A stretch of 63,922 bases of DNA, filler included, from Octopus bimaculoides (GCF_001194135.2; 4 parts of 4 records of this genome joined end to end with filler, not necessarily neighbours in it), one strand, 5' to 3'; numbered from the whole stretch's first letter, positions 47,401 to 61,707 are shown. Program-made: numbers and translations. The notes: generated by a model from the letters alone, not told the origin.

Positions 47401-47571
47401 GCTCACTGCGCCTAGGGTAAGCGCAACTCACCTCGTCAAATTATAAGAAAAACTGTTGAAAACGTGCTGATTTCAAAAACGGTAGAAGTGAAATCTATAA
47501 ATAACATGGATGGCTTATTAGCAATTTAACCAGCTAAAGGCAAATTTATAAACGTCGTTAAAGTGACAGAG

Positions 47572-47608
<37 letters not shown>

Positions 47609-47886
47609 NNNNNNNNNNNNNNNNNNNNNNNNNNNNNNNNNNNNNNNNNNNNNNNNNNNNNNNNNNNNNNNNNNNNNNNNNNNNNNNNNNNNNNNNNNNN
47701 NNNNNNNNNNNNNNNNNNNNNNNNNNNNNNNNNNNNNNNNNNNNNNNNNNNNNNNNNNNNNNNNNNNNNNNNNNNNNNNNNNNNNNNNNNNNNNNNNNNN
47801 NNNNNNNNNNNNNNNNNNNNNNNNNNNNNNNNNNNNNNNNNNNNNNNNNNNNNNNNNNNNNNNNNNNNNNNNNNNNNNNNNNNNNN

Positions 47887-47940
<54 letters not shown>

Positions 47941-48248
47941 TGCATACACATATACACATATAAACTCATGCCCTTCATGCTATCCACACGAAATCAGACA
48001 CTATCTGTATCATACGATACGACATGAACCAACCATCACCACAAAAGGCATGACTTGCTCACCAAATGAAACTCATGCATTATACGACTAATAAATGAAC
48101 TGCACGCTCTTAGTCACTTGCACAGCATTTCCCATGATAATGGCTACACTCCCACTGTCACCTTGGGCAAGTATCGTTTTCTATAGCCTCTGGCCGACCA
48201 AAGTCTTGTGAGTGGATTTGTTAGGCAGAAACTGAAAGAAACTCGTAG

Positions 48249-48286
<38 letters not shown>

Positions 48287-48660
48287 NNNNNNNNNNNNNN
48301 NNNNNNNNNNNNNNNNNNNNNNNNNNNNNNNNNNNNNNNNNNNNNNNNNNNNNNNNNNNNNNNNNNNNNNNNNNNNNNNNNNNNNNNNNNNNNNNNNNNN
48401 NNNNNNNNNNNNNNNNNNNNNNNNNNNNNNNNNNNNNNNNNNNNNNNNNNNNNNNNNNNNNNNNNNNNNNNNNNNNNNNNNNNNNNNNNNNNNNNNNNNN
48501 NNNNNNNNNNNNNNNNNNNNNNNNNNNNNNNNNNNNNNNNNNNNNNNNNNNNNNNNNNNNNNNNNNNNNNNNNNNNNNNNNNNNNNNNNNNNNNNNNNNN
48601 NNNNNNNNNNNNNNNNNNNNNNNNNNNNNNNNNNNNNNNNNNNNNNNNNNNNNNNNNTAT

Positions 48661-49434
48661 GTAAAAAGTTCGTTATAGGTATGTATAAGATAAAATCTTA
48701 AATAAAACGCTATAAACAATTATAAAAATGGAGAAGAGATGTTAAAAGTTCAAAATATAATTTAATATCCACATACGAACGTTTCAAAGGGTAATACAAC
48801 TATGTAAGAAAAACAATTATAATAATAATTAAAGTTATGTATTGCCATTCTCGTCAGTGTAAAGAATTTAAGGAAAAACATCAAAAAAAAATATTAGCAA
48901 AAAAATCTTGAAGGAAAAAAAACAAATAAGGTAATACGAACAATCTGACCGAATATTTACAAATAACTTGTAAAAGGGAAAAAGAGAAATGAAAACACGG
49001 ACATGTCACTGTATGTTCGAGTCTATCTGTGCAAAAAATGTTTATATATTTTTTTTCACAGATGGACTCGAATATACATTGATATGTCTCTGTTTTCATT
49101 TCTCTCCCTTTTTTCCTTTTACAAGTTATTTGTAAATATCCGGTCAGATTGTCCGTATTACCCTATTTGTTTTTTCCTTCTGGATTTTTTTTGTGAATAT
49201 TTTTTTTAATGTTTTCCTTTAAATTCTTTACACTGACAAGAATGGCAATACATAACTTTAATTATTATTATTACAATTGCTTTTTCTTACATATTTGTAT
49301 TGCCATTTGAAACGTTCGTATATAGGTATTAAATTATATTTTGAACTTTTAACATCTCTTCTCCAGTTTTATAATTGTTTATAGTGTTTTATATAAGATT
49401 TTAACTTATACATACCTATAACGAACTTTTTTAC
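48661..49434. repeat. Long near-perfect palindrome (~380 bp arms, ~10 nt loop at 49039-49048)
   Basis: gtaaaaagttcgttataggtatgtataag..atctgtg.aaaaaa | tttttt.cacagat..cttatacatacctataacgaactttttac; arms visibly diverged by roughly 10%. Confidence 0.95.
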
Positions 49435-49589
49435 TTGTTATTTTCATATTTTAATTGCTTGCTCTAGCAGGCTATTTTTTGGATATGATGAATATTTATT
49501 AGAAATATTTTCTATTTTTGGACTCCTCAACAAGTTTCAATTGTTCTACTTGAACTTATTCTCTGTTTGTCTGTCTGTCTGTCTATCTT

Positions 49590-49670
<81 letters not shown>

Positions 49671-49986
49671 TCTATAAAAGTAAGAGAGGGAGAAGAAACA
49701 TACTTCATCCACATTCAAACACGCTTTCTAATCTGTCGCAGGGCCGATAGCGGCAAATTATACATATATAATTTTTTCATTCAAAATTTTCCATTCATAA
49801 TTTTTTCATTCATATTTTTTATTATTACGTTTGTAGAAATAAATAATCTTGTATTTTTCTATTATTCAATTGATCTTTAATTATAANNNNNNNNNNNNNN
49901 NNNNNNNNNNNNNNNNNNNNNNNNNNNNNNTTAATTAATTAANNNNNNNNNNNNNNNNNNNNNNNNNNNNNNNNNNNNNNNNNNNN

Positions 49987-50026
<40 letters not shown>

Positions 50027-50420
50027 TACATATATATTCTTTATATCGTTATATATATATATATATGTATGTATGTATATGTTTGTATATATACATGTGT
50101 GTGTGTATGTATGTAGGCAAATAGACGCACGCGCGCAGACACATACATACATACATACGCAAGAATAACTTATATATACGCAGTTTGCGTCTTTCAAATT
50201 CCCTCTCATGGCATTGATCGACCTGCAGCTATAGTAGAATATTTTTACACGCGATGGGACTGAACACGAACAACATTTTTGCCTCAGTTGTAGAGCGAGC
50301 GTCTTAACCTCACACCAATGGTTGCATCTATTTTCCAAAATACTATATTCACGTAAAATAACGGCAAAGTGTTCGTTTGAAGACATTCACTCTTGTTACA
50401 TCATGTATCACGCGTCAATA

Positions 50421-50657
50421 CAGTAATCATCACCATATCGCGGTTCACCTATCGCGGTTTACCTATCGTGGTTTATTATTTAAGCTTACGTTGATTCCTC
50501 TGTGCTATTGTTTTGCATTTATGATAAATTGAATATATACAACTTATAAAGATAATGAAAAGAAATATACAGTACTGTACTGTTCCTACATCGCGGATTT
50601 TCACTTATCACGAGGGGATTTTGGATCGTAATGCCCGCGATAGTCGAAGAATTACTG
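50421..50657. mobile_element. Tigger/pogo-type MITE (237 bp)
   Basis: TA-cagtaat..tatcgcgg / ccgcgata..attactg-TA termini. Confidence 0.8.
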
Positions 50658-51138
50658 TACTTTTGTTGTGAATAGCCAATGTGGAATCTTTTCTGTCATC
50701 GGTCTAATTATAAGAATGAGAAGCTATTTCTGCCTCATATGACATCCTAATGTCTAGAATAATGGTCTAGAATAACGTTCTCCAAGTTAAAAACAGGAAG
50801 AACAAAAGTAAAAATGTCACAAGCGGATGTTATTAGATCATATTCTAATGTAAACGAGGCTGACTTGTGTCTGCACAACTACAATGACAACAACTATAAC
50901 AACAGCAGTTCCTGTACTCGATGCAGCCCGCAATGATTGCTGCGGCTCTTGGTAATTTTCCATCAATCAACTCCAGATATTATGTTTCTGTATTGGTCTT
51001 CATCCTCACAAATGTATTCAAACCTCTCACATTACCTTTCTTCCACACTCTTTTATCTCTTTCTCTCTGGGAAGGTAACCCAGCTAACGAATAGCAAGCG
51101 ATGGAGTAGCTCATCAATCAATAGAACACTAATTCTGA

Positions 51139-51438
51139 TAAGGCGGCCAGCTGGTAGAAATGTTAGCACGCCGGGCGAAATGCTTAGCGGTATTTCGTCT
51201 GCAGAGGCGGCGAGCTGGCAGAATCGTTAGCACGCCGGGCGAAATGCTTAGCGGCATTTCGTCTGCAGCTACGATCTGGGTTCAAATTCTGCCGAGGTCG
51301 ACTTTGCCTTTCATCCATTCGGAGTCGATTAAATAAGTACCATTTACGCACTGGGGTCGATATAATCGAATTAATCCGTTTGTCGGTCCTTGTTTGTCCC
51401 TTCTGTGTGTAGCCCCTTGTGGGCAGTAAAGAAATAAG
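51139..51438 (+). mobile_element. SINE family A with duplicated 5' head
   Basis: The ~63 nt head aggcgg..gcacgccgggcgaaatgcttagcgg.atttcgtctgcag occurs twice in tandem before the body. Confidence 0.88.
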
Positions 51439-52861
51439 AACAGTAACTCTGACTACGATAACTGCTGACTTTTCGCCATCACCTCCGACTTGACACACGT
51501 GACAGCGACATTCTAATACAAGCAATATTTTAAGTATATTACCCGTCTCTGTACATTCAGTTCAACTTTTATAGTATTGAAATCAACTGTATGTTGCTAA
51601 AAGTACGTCACATGTCATTGTTGCCTGTGAAACCCCGGCGAAAATTATAATATTGGCCATAACATCAAGGAAGACTTTGACCCTGCTTAGAACAATCTAG
51701 CACCAAAATGAAATGTATGTGGATCAACGTCATTGATAACTGCCTTGACAAAGTAAATAAATAAACTTCATCGGCTGACTTTCCCGAAGTAGTAGCCATA
51801 ATACCCCTCTAATGATACTCTACTGTCTAAAAACGGAACACTGTGGATTGTGCAGAACATACTGAATTACGTCTGAAAAAAACGTGATATGATTTAGGTT
51901 AGAAATCCTCTTATCTTTCATTATTAATTTTATTGAAATAAAACTGAGGTGGAGAAATAATAAAATTTCATTTACTTGAGTCGTACGTTGTCTGACATCG
52001 ATTCATAACACTGTATGATAAGCGGTATTTTCTTCTGTTCACACTCTATTAATGCTAATAATACACATAAATACTCTCTCTCCGCAATACTATTCCTGTT
52101 GTATTTCATCCTCTTCAGTGTTCCTTTAAGGTAAAAACTCTCATTTGCTGATAATGTCATATATTACCTCCCGATTAATATTCCACTCAAAAGGTATTCT
52201 CCCATCCCAGATACTTTAATATTCAACATTTCGTCATATAAAAATGCTTAAAATCAATATCCATCGTGGATACGATGGCCTAGTTTCCTTCAGCATTCCA
52301 AATGCATACTCTACGTATCGAAAATTCGACAAATATATATTCCCTTTGCCGCTCGCAAATACAATCTTCAAAGTTTCTACAAATGTTGGGTTTTGCCATC
52401 TCATCTCATTTCACATGGGAAATACAGCTTTATAACAAATCTAAAGGTGAATTTTAAAAGATTAAGCCACGTATTCAGAGCTAAAACGTATTTCAACCTC
52501 GATTAACTGAGAGACTAAGCAAATTATAAATGTATCCAGCTCTACAGTATAGTTCATAAATATTGAACAACGTAATAATCGCAGTCTCAGACAAACGATC
52601 TGCAAGGAAGAGAAATAACCTTCCTCATATTAAAACCTGCATATAATATATGCCAAAGTCGCCCCGAAGGTAAATATCCCATTATAACAAGAGCAAAAGA
52701 TCTCTAGTCTTTGTTTATTCTAGACGGTTACAAATTTGTTTTCTTTCTCTAGCAGACGAAGAGATTGTATGAAGTCGGTGCACATCAGCCCACTTCGACA
52801 TTCTCTCTCTTGTGCAGCACAAAGAAATTCATCTTTCTGTCTTGCAAATTCGCCAGTTTCA

Positions 52862-53348
52862 CCTTTACTCTTTTACTTGTTTCAGTCATTTGACTGCGGC
52901 CATGCTGGAGTGCCGCCTTTAGTCGAGCAAATCGACCCCAGGACTTATTCTTTGTAAGCCTAGTACTTATTCTATCGGTCTCTTTTGCCGAACCCCTAAG
53001 TTATGGGGACGTAAACACACCAGCATCGGTTGTCAAGCGATGTTGGGGGGACAAACACAGACACACAAACACAAACACACACACACACACACACACANNN
53101 NNNNNNNNNNNNNNNNNNNNNNNNNNNNNNNNNNNNNNNNNNNNNNNNNNNNNNNNNNNNNNNNNTATATATACATACATACGACGGGTTTCTTCCAGTT
53201 TCCGTCCACCAAATCCACTCACAAGGCTTTGGTCGGTCCGAGGGTATAGTAGAAGACACTTGCCCAAGGTGCTACGCAGTGGGACTGAACCCGGAGCCAT
53301 GTGGTTGGTAAGCAAGCTACTTACAATACAACCACTCCTACGCCTACA
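52862..53348 (-). mobile_element. Full-length SINE family B with a gap in its internal microsatellite
   Basis: Collinear with 24345-24745. Confidence 0.88.
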
Positions 53349-54964
53349 TTTATCATGAATTTCAGTTTCTCATTTAAGTGTAAACCTGAAAAAGAGATGA
53401 TGTTTACGAGACTGAATTACATCAAATATACTGCATTACAAATGTTTTCAGCATATCCCAAGAACCTACTGGAAATGTACGAACCACCGCCGTATAAGGA
53501 TATAGATATAATTATTTCAGTAATTACTTTGTTTTTCGTACAAACTTGTAGCTATATACTGGAAAGAATGTTAGGAGGTCAAGTCTGAAGGTCAAAATTA
53601 AAATTCAGTAAGCGGTTCCTTGTTTAAACATGTGATGCAAATAATTTTTGGTTTGATTGAATTACTACAAATGAGAACTATTTAGTTGAAGGAAATAATT
53701 TGACATCTGTCGGTTAATTGAAATTAATTGCTAATTAATATCTTTCCGAGATAATCACCTAATTTGGCAATTAGATGCCGGAGTTAATTAAATGGTGTGT
53801 GTTTGTTACATTGTCTACGTGCTCGTTTCTAGCATATTCGAAGCATTGGCTATGTGATCAAATTTAATGCATCAATGTTGGCCTATGAGAAGACATAGCA
53901 AAGAATCAACAGCTTCTAGTTACTTGGTGTGCATTGGTGCAATAATATTCTCACAATGAATTGAGCTGCTGTGCTTAAAGGGCAGATACAATAAAAATGA
54001 AGAGAAAGAAACGTACCAGTTTTATTATGTATAACTTTCCAATATTCTTACTGCTTATTATCATTGTTTTTATAATTCGACAACCTACTGAATTGAAATG
54101 GAGTAATAGTCTCACTACATTATGAGAGATTTAATTCAAAGTCACTCTTCAGTGGAGAAAGTAAATAAAACAGAGATGTGTTGGGCTACAATAATTGCAT
54201 TTATATATTTGAAATCAATAAATTTGAGCTGATGCAGCAAAAGTAAATAAATTGATAAATAATTGACTTGAGATATAAAAGATTTTCAAATAAATAACAC
54301 GAACATTTGGTCCAATTTTTTTTCTCTCTCTCTTTCACTCTGATTATATTGAATGTAAATCAAGTATAGTAAATTGGTTCTATGCGAGACAACACTTGGT
54401 TTAGATGCAACCAAGAACCCATATTGGAAAACTTGTTGAAATAAGAAGTAAATTTAGTAGCACATGCATTGACATTTTTATCATTTTCTCTCAGATGTGG
54501 CATAAGTAATTGTTTTAGATTCTACGAAACTGAAGGATAGAAATAGCACAGTGAGCTTATTACAGTGAATGTTAAGGTGTTGCTGTTGTTTTTTGCTGTT
54601 TAGCTTCTTGCTTCAGACGACTCTAGCCAGTGATTCTAAGGCATTTAGTTACAATTTCGAGCTGATGGAGTGACTACAAGGGAATTCTCACCGAGAATCA
54701 CTTCAAAGTTCGTGATTAAGATAAAAAGAAAGTTTTAGGGAGGAGATAATTCCAGAATATTCGAATAAGCGAATGTTAAACGTTTGTTCTATAGTGGGAG
54801 GGAATGAGAAAAGACAAATGATTGTACATTGATTCTCTCTCTCCCTCTCCCTCTCTGTATAGTTTAGGACAATCAGTAAGTTGTTATAATAGTACACTGA
54901 GTTTATACATATATGAATAATCTTCTATTTACCTAATATCGAGGTCTCATTCCTTTGTTGTCAC

Positions 54965-55035
<71 letters not shown>

Positions 55036-55099
55036 NNNNNNNNNNNNNNNNNNNNNNNNNNNNNNNNNNNNNNNNNNNNNNNNNTATATATATATATAT

Positions 55100-55420
55100 G
55101 AGGGCGCATGCCCTAGTTGTTGGGATGTTGCACTCATGATCACGAGGTCGTGGTATCAATTTCTAGACCAGGTGGTGCGTTATTTTTCTTGAGCAAAACG
55201 CTTCATTTTTATTGCTCAGCGTTCAATTCGACACCTGACTGTACTACACCGTGCACCTGCTCAGAAAATATCAATTTGCTGGAGAGAGTGAACTAATGAA
55301 CAGCACATAAGTACATACATTTGATCACTATAAACGAATCATTTGTGCAGGTCGTTCAGCAGAAGCTGAACGCTCATTCATCGTCTTCCACAGCAGATTC
55401 CATCATATACATACACTCAG
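55100..55420 (+). mobile_element. SINE family D
   Basis: Homologous to 27365-27660. Confidence 0.65.
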
Positions 55421-55429
55421 CCAAGCTTT

Positions 55430-55745
55430 CATTTCTAGTCCATCCTTTGATGTCATCAGTGCACAAACGTCTTTTATGTGTTATTATCGTCCTGTCTAGA
55501 ATTCTCAGGATGATCTTGGATAATAGCTCGTAATGCATCGTATGTTCTAGATATGTGGACGTATTCCTCAAATCAGTGCAAGATCCACATCTCAAAGTTT
55601 TCTGTTTGTCTCTTCAAATTGAATACATCGTCCAAGTTGTTCACGTTTCTGTCTCATAACTAACACCTGACAAAATATAGCAGTTTATGAGCCTCAATTT
55701 TAGATGTAGAGTTGTCCTTTGAAGTGAATATCTTTTTCATATTGC
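55430..55745 (-). mobile_element. Decayed RTE LINE C-terminal fragment
   Basis: Frameshifted KLRLINCYILSGVSYETET*, NFEMWIL and CTDDIKGWTR resemble RTE KLRLLxxxVxSxLLYGxETW..AFEMW..W.DDIK.W. Confidence 0.6.
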
Positions 55746-57796
55746 AGTCAATAAAGATAAAAAAAGAAAGACAGCATCCTCGTAGAAGACCACGCAAGAA
55801 ATTCAATTGATATACAACTTACTAAAAGGCCATGTTGTTATTGCAAAGTACAGAATAGTTATTGTTTTCTTTTCATGGGATAAAATTCAGGAAGTGCCAA
55901 TTAATTGATTAGCAAAAAGAGAATACTCCAATGTATCATATCAATTACTTGATCTCAATCAATATACGCCCTTCTCTAAACTTTGAAAATTGCTATGAGA
56001 CAAAGAAGAAATAAAACATCTCAAGTCTTGCAGGTCTATGAATTTAGAAGTTTATCTCTCAAATGCCTAGATATTCATTAATGTGTGCAACAAAACAAGA
56101 GACCCTTTGATAATTATTAACATATCCTTAATTAGAATCACAATGAAGGACAATCATACAATATCAATATAGGACACAATACAAATGAGAAAAGCACCCA
56201 ACGTAAGAAACTAAGAAACTAAGAACAAATTAGAACGTAGGATTAAAAAGACTACAATCTTGGTAATAATTCTTCAAGTTTTAACAAGACAATTTCTTTT
56301 GAATATTAAGTATAAATTTTACTGCGTTTTTATTGGCGGTTATATTAAAGGTTGTGACAAGAATTAAACAATTTTTTTTTAATGTTTCGATGTCAGAACA
56401 AAATTTTCATTGTGTCAAGGGAAAATCATTTTCTCATAAATCAAAATTTACTGTTTTACTGTTTAGAAAGGAAGGATCTGAATATAAAATATTTTAGTTA
56501 ACCGAGATCATAAAATATTATCTGTTGAAGAAGATTTAAAGTCATGGGCTTACGATGTCTCAAAATTGTTGAGTAAACATCTATATCGTTACGAAACCTA
56601 ATACAATTCTAGGCAACTGATTATTATTCTGCTTCAGCGAGTACTCTAAAGAGATTATTGAAAACTTATTAAAGAATTTAGAGAATGAATTAAAGATTTT
56701 AGCATATAATCATTATGTAATATTTGATGTTTAATAAAACTTGACATGGGCAAATAGTGAAAAGGGAAGACCGCATGTCTTGGGAGCTTGTTGTGAAAAT
56801 TCATTTTGTTATGTAGAAATTCACTGTAGCATTTCACCAAAAGCATATTAATCGTACTACAAAAACATATAGAAAGAATTCATACAAGGTTTTCTTTGAA
56901 TCTCAAAATTTGTTTTATAATTTTACAAAATAGAAATATTAAAACATTTATACGAATCAAAAATAATATAAACGTTTTATATATGATATTTTGCGAGAAA
57001 GCAATTATGAATAAATATCATCTTTTACGTTAGACTATAAAGTAAAAAGAAAATATACTCTTTTGTCTTATATTAACGTTTCTCTGAAAAAAAGATTATA
57101 ATGAAATAGATTGTTCTTGTTTCTGTTATAATCTTTTATACATTATCTTTCCATCATGCCTAAATAATGAGCATTATAGGATGCTCAGAATATGATAACA
57201 GCTAAATGTTATGCCATTCAAATTTTAGAGCATCCAATTAATGACTGTTTCAGAGAATCACATTAACAGCTATTTCGGAATGGTCTAAGAATATCAACTC
57301 GCCAAAATATCCCGATGAATAAAGTAGATGTAGATAGGAATGGATCTTGCTTTTAAAATTGACTAATGAAATAATGGCCGTATTTCGGTCCTATTTTACT
57401 TCGTCAGTGATGTATATTTTATTAAGTAAATGATAAGAATTTTATAAAGAATTTCAGAATAGTTCAAAAGGGACAGAAAAATCTCTGGTCGATAATGAAT
57501 TATCATCAGCAAATTGTATAAACGAAATTCTATAAACAAGAAACACCAGCTTTGTTTAGAATCAGTGACCCTAAAATAGTTTTGACTAATGGACTAATGA
57601 GGTACATTGATGTCGAAATATCAGGGCCTGAACGTCCCCGTGCTTTCAATAAATACTGTGTGTTATTCCATACACCAAGCGAAGGGAGGCGTTGTTCTCC
57701 GAACGCGAAATACAACAGCAATTAGCATATACACATTCAAATCTAGCAGAACATGTTCAGGACAAATATGCACAAAATTACAATATAATATAATAT

Positions 57797-58090
57797 AATG
57801 GCCCAGTGGTTAGGGCAGCGGATTCGTGGTCATAGGATCGCAGTTCCGACTCCCAAACCGGGCGTTGTGTGTGTTTATTGAGTGAAAACACCTCAAGCTC
57901 CACGAGGCTCCGGCAAGGGATGGTGGCGACCCTTGTTGTACTCTTTTACCCCAACTTTCTCTCACTCTTTCTTCCTGTTTCTTGAGTAACGCTGCGATGG
58001 ACTGGCGCCCCGTCCAGCTAGCGGGGAACACATACGTCATAGAAACCGGGAAACCGGGCCAACGAGACTGGCTAGGCTTTAAAAGGGCAC
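57797..58090 (+). mobile_element. tRNA-derived SINE (family D-related)
   Basis: tggcccagtggttagggcagcgg A-box and B-box-like gttccgactccc; 3' part (gatggactggc..ccgtccag..agaaaccgggaaaccggcc-like) similar to 13620-13700. Confidence 0.8.
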
Positions 58091-58439
58091 GAAGTATTTA
58101 TATCTATAATATTTTCGATCTGTGCTATCATTCAGTTAATTACAGGAATAAATAGAAGAAATGTCGAAATGCATTGCGCTTTGTAATCGGAATTCAAAAT
58201 GCACTGGAGTTTGCTCTAATTTTCATCATTTTAGTTCCACAGAATATATAAAAATTGAGTACTAGACCCGATATAATCAATTCTATTCTGTCTCCTTTCA
58301 ATAGCTACAGTTATACATGTGTCAGCCATCAATATTGTTATCCTTAGCATATTGATTCCGTGCGAGTTTCGTTCAAAAATTAATCATCGATGAATTATCA
58401 TTCTCAACGACACTAATATCATACATTCGGTTCCTTTTG

Positions 58440-58953
<514 letters not shown>

Positions 58954-59668
58954 TGTGAAGCGATTTCTTGCTGAACACACCACATATATTTCGATCTTCT
59001 AGAGTGAAATGATTCTCCAATTTTTTTTTATTCGCATTTCAGATTCTTCGAAGTCTTATTTATCTGTTTCTTCTTCTCTCCTTCTCTCACTCACTCTCTC
59101 GACTTCACTCTTTCACTCCTTTTTGCTCCCCTCCTCTCTGTCTCTCTTTATTTCTCTCTCTCCTTCCCTCCTCTTTCTCCCTCCATCTCTTTCTCTCTCT
59201 GCTTATTTTTGCTTTTCATTTTGCAGCGCTTCCCAAATTTACCAATTCTCTATTCTCCTCTCCTCTTCGTTTCGTTTGGTTTTCTATTTTATTTCTTTTT
59301 CCCATGTAGCCACCCACGTGTTTATTGTATATATTTACCAATGACAGTATATTTGATATTCATCATGTATTCACTGTTAACACTAAATTACCAATAATAG
59401 CATCTAGGTTTTCCTTTCATTCGCTTTTCGCACTGCGCTGGCTCAGACACTACATTACCATTTCTGGCATTACACGATCAAACACACCAAACATATCTAT
59501 CGTTGCTTTATATCTATTTTTCCTCTGCTCATTTATATCTATTTTATATTTACACATCTTTTTATTTATTATACTTATTTTTTCATCTGATCGCTCTGTC
59601 ATTTACCTTTCCATGTTTATATATATATATTTTGTCATCATTTCTTTTTGCTGTGTGTACAGATGTAT

Positions 59669-59669
<1 letters not shown>

Positions 59670-59742
<73 letters not shown>

Positions 59743-59990
59743 GAGGGTGGGAGAATATATTAGGTTTGCGTTTTATTTGTGTTTGTTTCCGATGATATGT
59801 CAGTTAACATATGCAATTTTCCTGTTCTGTCATTTGCCGTTTAGCCATTCCGGATTTAGTTATTTTCTCCTCAAAATGCGTGGACGATGTCTATGAGTAT
59901 GCGCAATATCTGTGTAAACCACTGGAATCTGTCTATGTGCGTATTTACATGTGTATGCACATATGTATATAAGTATGCTTATATGTATGC

Positions 59991-60023
<33 letters not shown>

Positions 60024-60039
60024 CGTGTATACACACACA

Positions 60040-60080
<41 letters not shown>

Positions 60081-60246
60081 NNNNNNNNNNACACACACAC
60101 ACACACATATATATATATAGAGAGAGCGAGAGAGAGAGAGGCATAGATAGATATATAGATAGATAGATAAACAGACAGACAGACAGACAGACAGGCAGAC
60201 AGATAAATAGATAGAAAGAGAGATAGATAGATGGATAGATAGAGAA

Positions 60247-60299
<53 letters not shown>

Positions 60300-60325
60300 C
60301 AGATTAGCAGGTAGGTAGGTAGATA
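59670..60325. repeat. Compound (GA)n, (TG)n/(CA)n, (GACA)n and (GATA)n microsatellites
   Basis: Directly visible. Confidence 0.92.
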
Positions 60326-61032
60326 CATGCATACATACTTCCATATATAAATATATACATACATGTATGCTTATATTTATACATACATGTGTGTACGTGC
60401 GTGTGTGCGTGTGTGTGTTTGTATCTGTGTGCGTGCATGTTGACGTGTGTATCTTTCTGGTAATAGTCTGTGTGTTTCTGTGATGCGTGTGCGAGCGTCT
60501 TTACTTGCGTGTCGTCTCTGATTTCTCTCATCATCTAAATTGTTTCTTCCTTCACATCTAAAATGGCGTCATCTATCCCCATATGCCATATATCTGTGAC
60601 ATTTTATATATCTACACGCAACCTCTTACTACAGCTAATGATGCCGACATAACGATTATGACTACCTGTGCTAACGCTAAGGCTTATCTTGATGCTTCAA
60701 CTAAACCAACATGGCTGTTACAATCATCCNNNNNNNNNNNNNNNNNNNNNNNNNNNNNNNNNNNNNNNNNNNNNNNNNNNNNNNNNNNNNNNNNNNNNNN
60801 NNNNNNNNNNNNNNNNNNNNNNNNNNNNNNNNNNNNNNNNNNNNNNNNNNNNNNNNNNNNNNNNNNNNNNNNNNNNNNNNNNNNNNNNNNNNNNNNNNNN
60901 NNNNNNNNNNNNNNNNNNNNNNNNNNNNNNNNNNNNNNNNNNNNNNNNNNNNNNNNNNNNNNNNNNNNNNNNNNNNNNNNNNNNNNNNNNNNNNNNNNNN
61001 NNNNNTAATAATAATAATAATAATAATAATAA

Positions 61033-61092
<60 letters not shown>

Positions 61093-61094
<2 letters not shown>

Positions 61095-61560
61095 GATGGG
61101 CTACAGCAAATATTCTGCTGAATACCAGAGATTTGTTTGTCAGTTGTTTCACCTTAACCAGTTGATCATGTCCCTTGGTGGCTGACAATATATGCATCTC
61201 AGATCACGAGTAGAATTAGTGGTGGGGCATAAATAGCCATGCGTTGAAAGGGATTTTTGAAGCTTGAATGATTCACCTTTGAAAACATGGGTGTTTCGTT
61301 CAACATCCTCAAATGACCCTTATTCAAGGACTTTCTGAGCGGGGTGTGCTACTCGACCTGAAGAAAATTCTAACTGGGCCCCACCTGCAAGGTCATACAC
61401 TGTTTATCCTGATATGAGATCACCATGTCGCGCACAAATGATTGTGATGCATGTGCCTGGTGTACCCTTATCAGACGGATAGTCATGATGGGTATATTGG
61501 GCTTCGTATAATTGTACTCCAGTGTCACTTTGATGGCATGCCCTGCTCTCTCACTGAATA
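61093..61560 (+). repeat. GC-richer interspersed repeat, probably a non-LTR retroelement 3' region, adjoining (TAA)n
   Basis: Abrupt compositional change after a long (TAA)n; recognised only from memory as a common octopus repeat, with no second copy in this window. Confidence 0.35.
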
Positions 61561-61629
61561 ACACAACGAGTTTCTCTGCCCTAGGTGTACGGAAAACACT
61601 CGGCGAGAAATGTAAGAAAATTTGAAGAA

Positions 61630-61647
61630 AGAAGAAAAAAAAACAAC

Positions 61648-61707
<60 letters not shown>

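Noticed and set aside
57797-57870. tRNA gene-like sequences at SINE heads
   Set aside because: No complete cloverleaf; they continue into multi-copy SINE bodies.
60561-60650. aaaATGGCG start-like motif with a short ORF (MASSIPICH..)
   Set aside because: Stops after 29 codons, with no splice donor or recognisable peptide.
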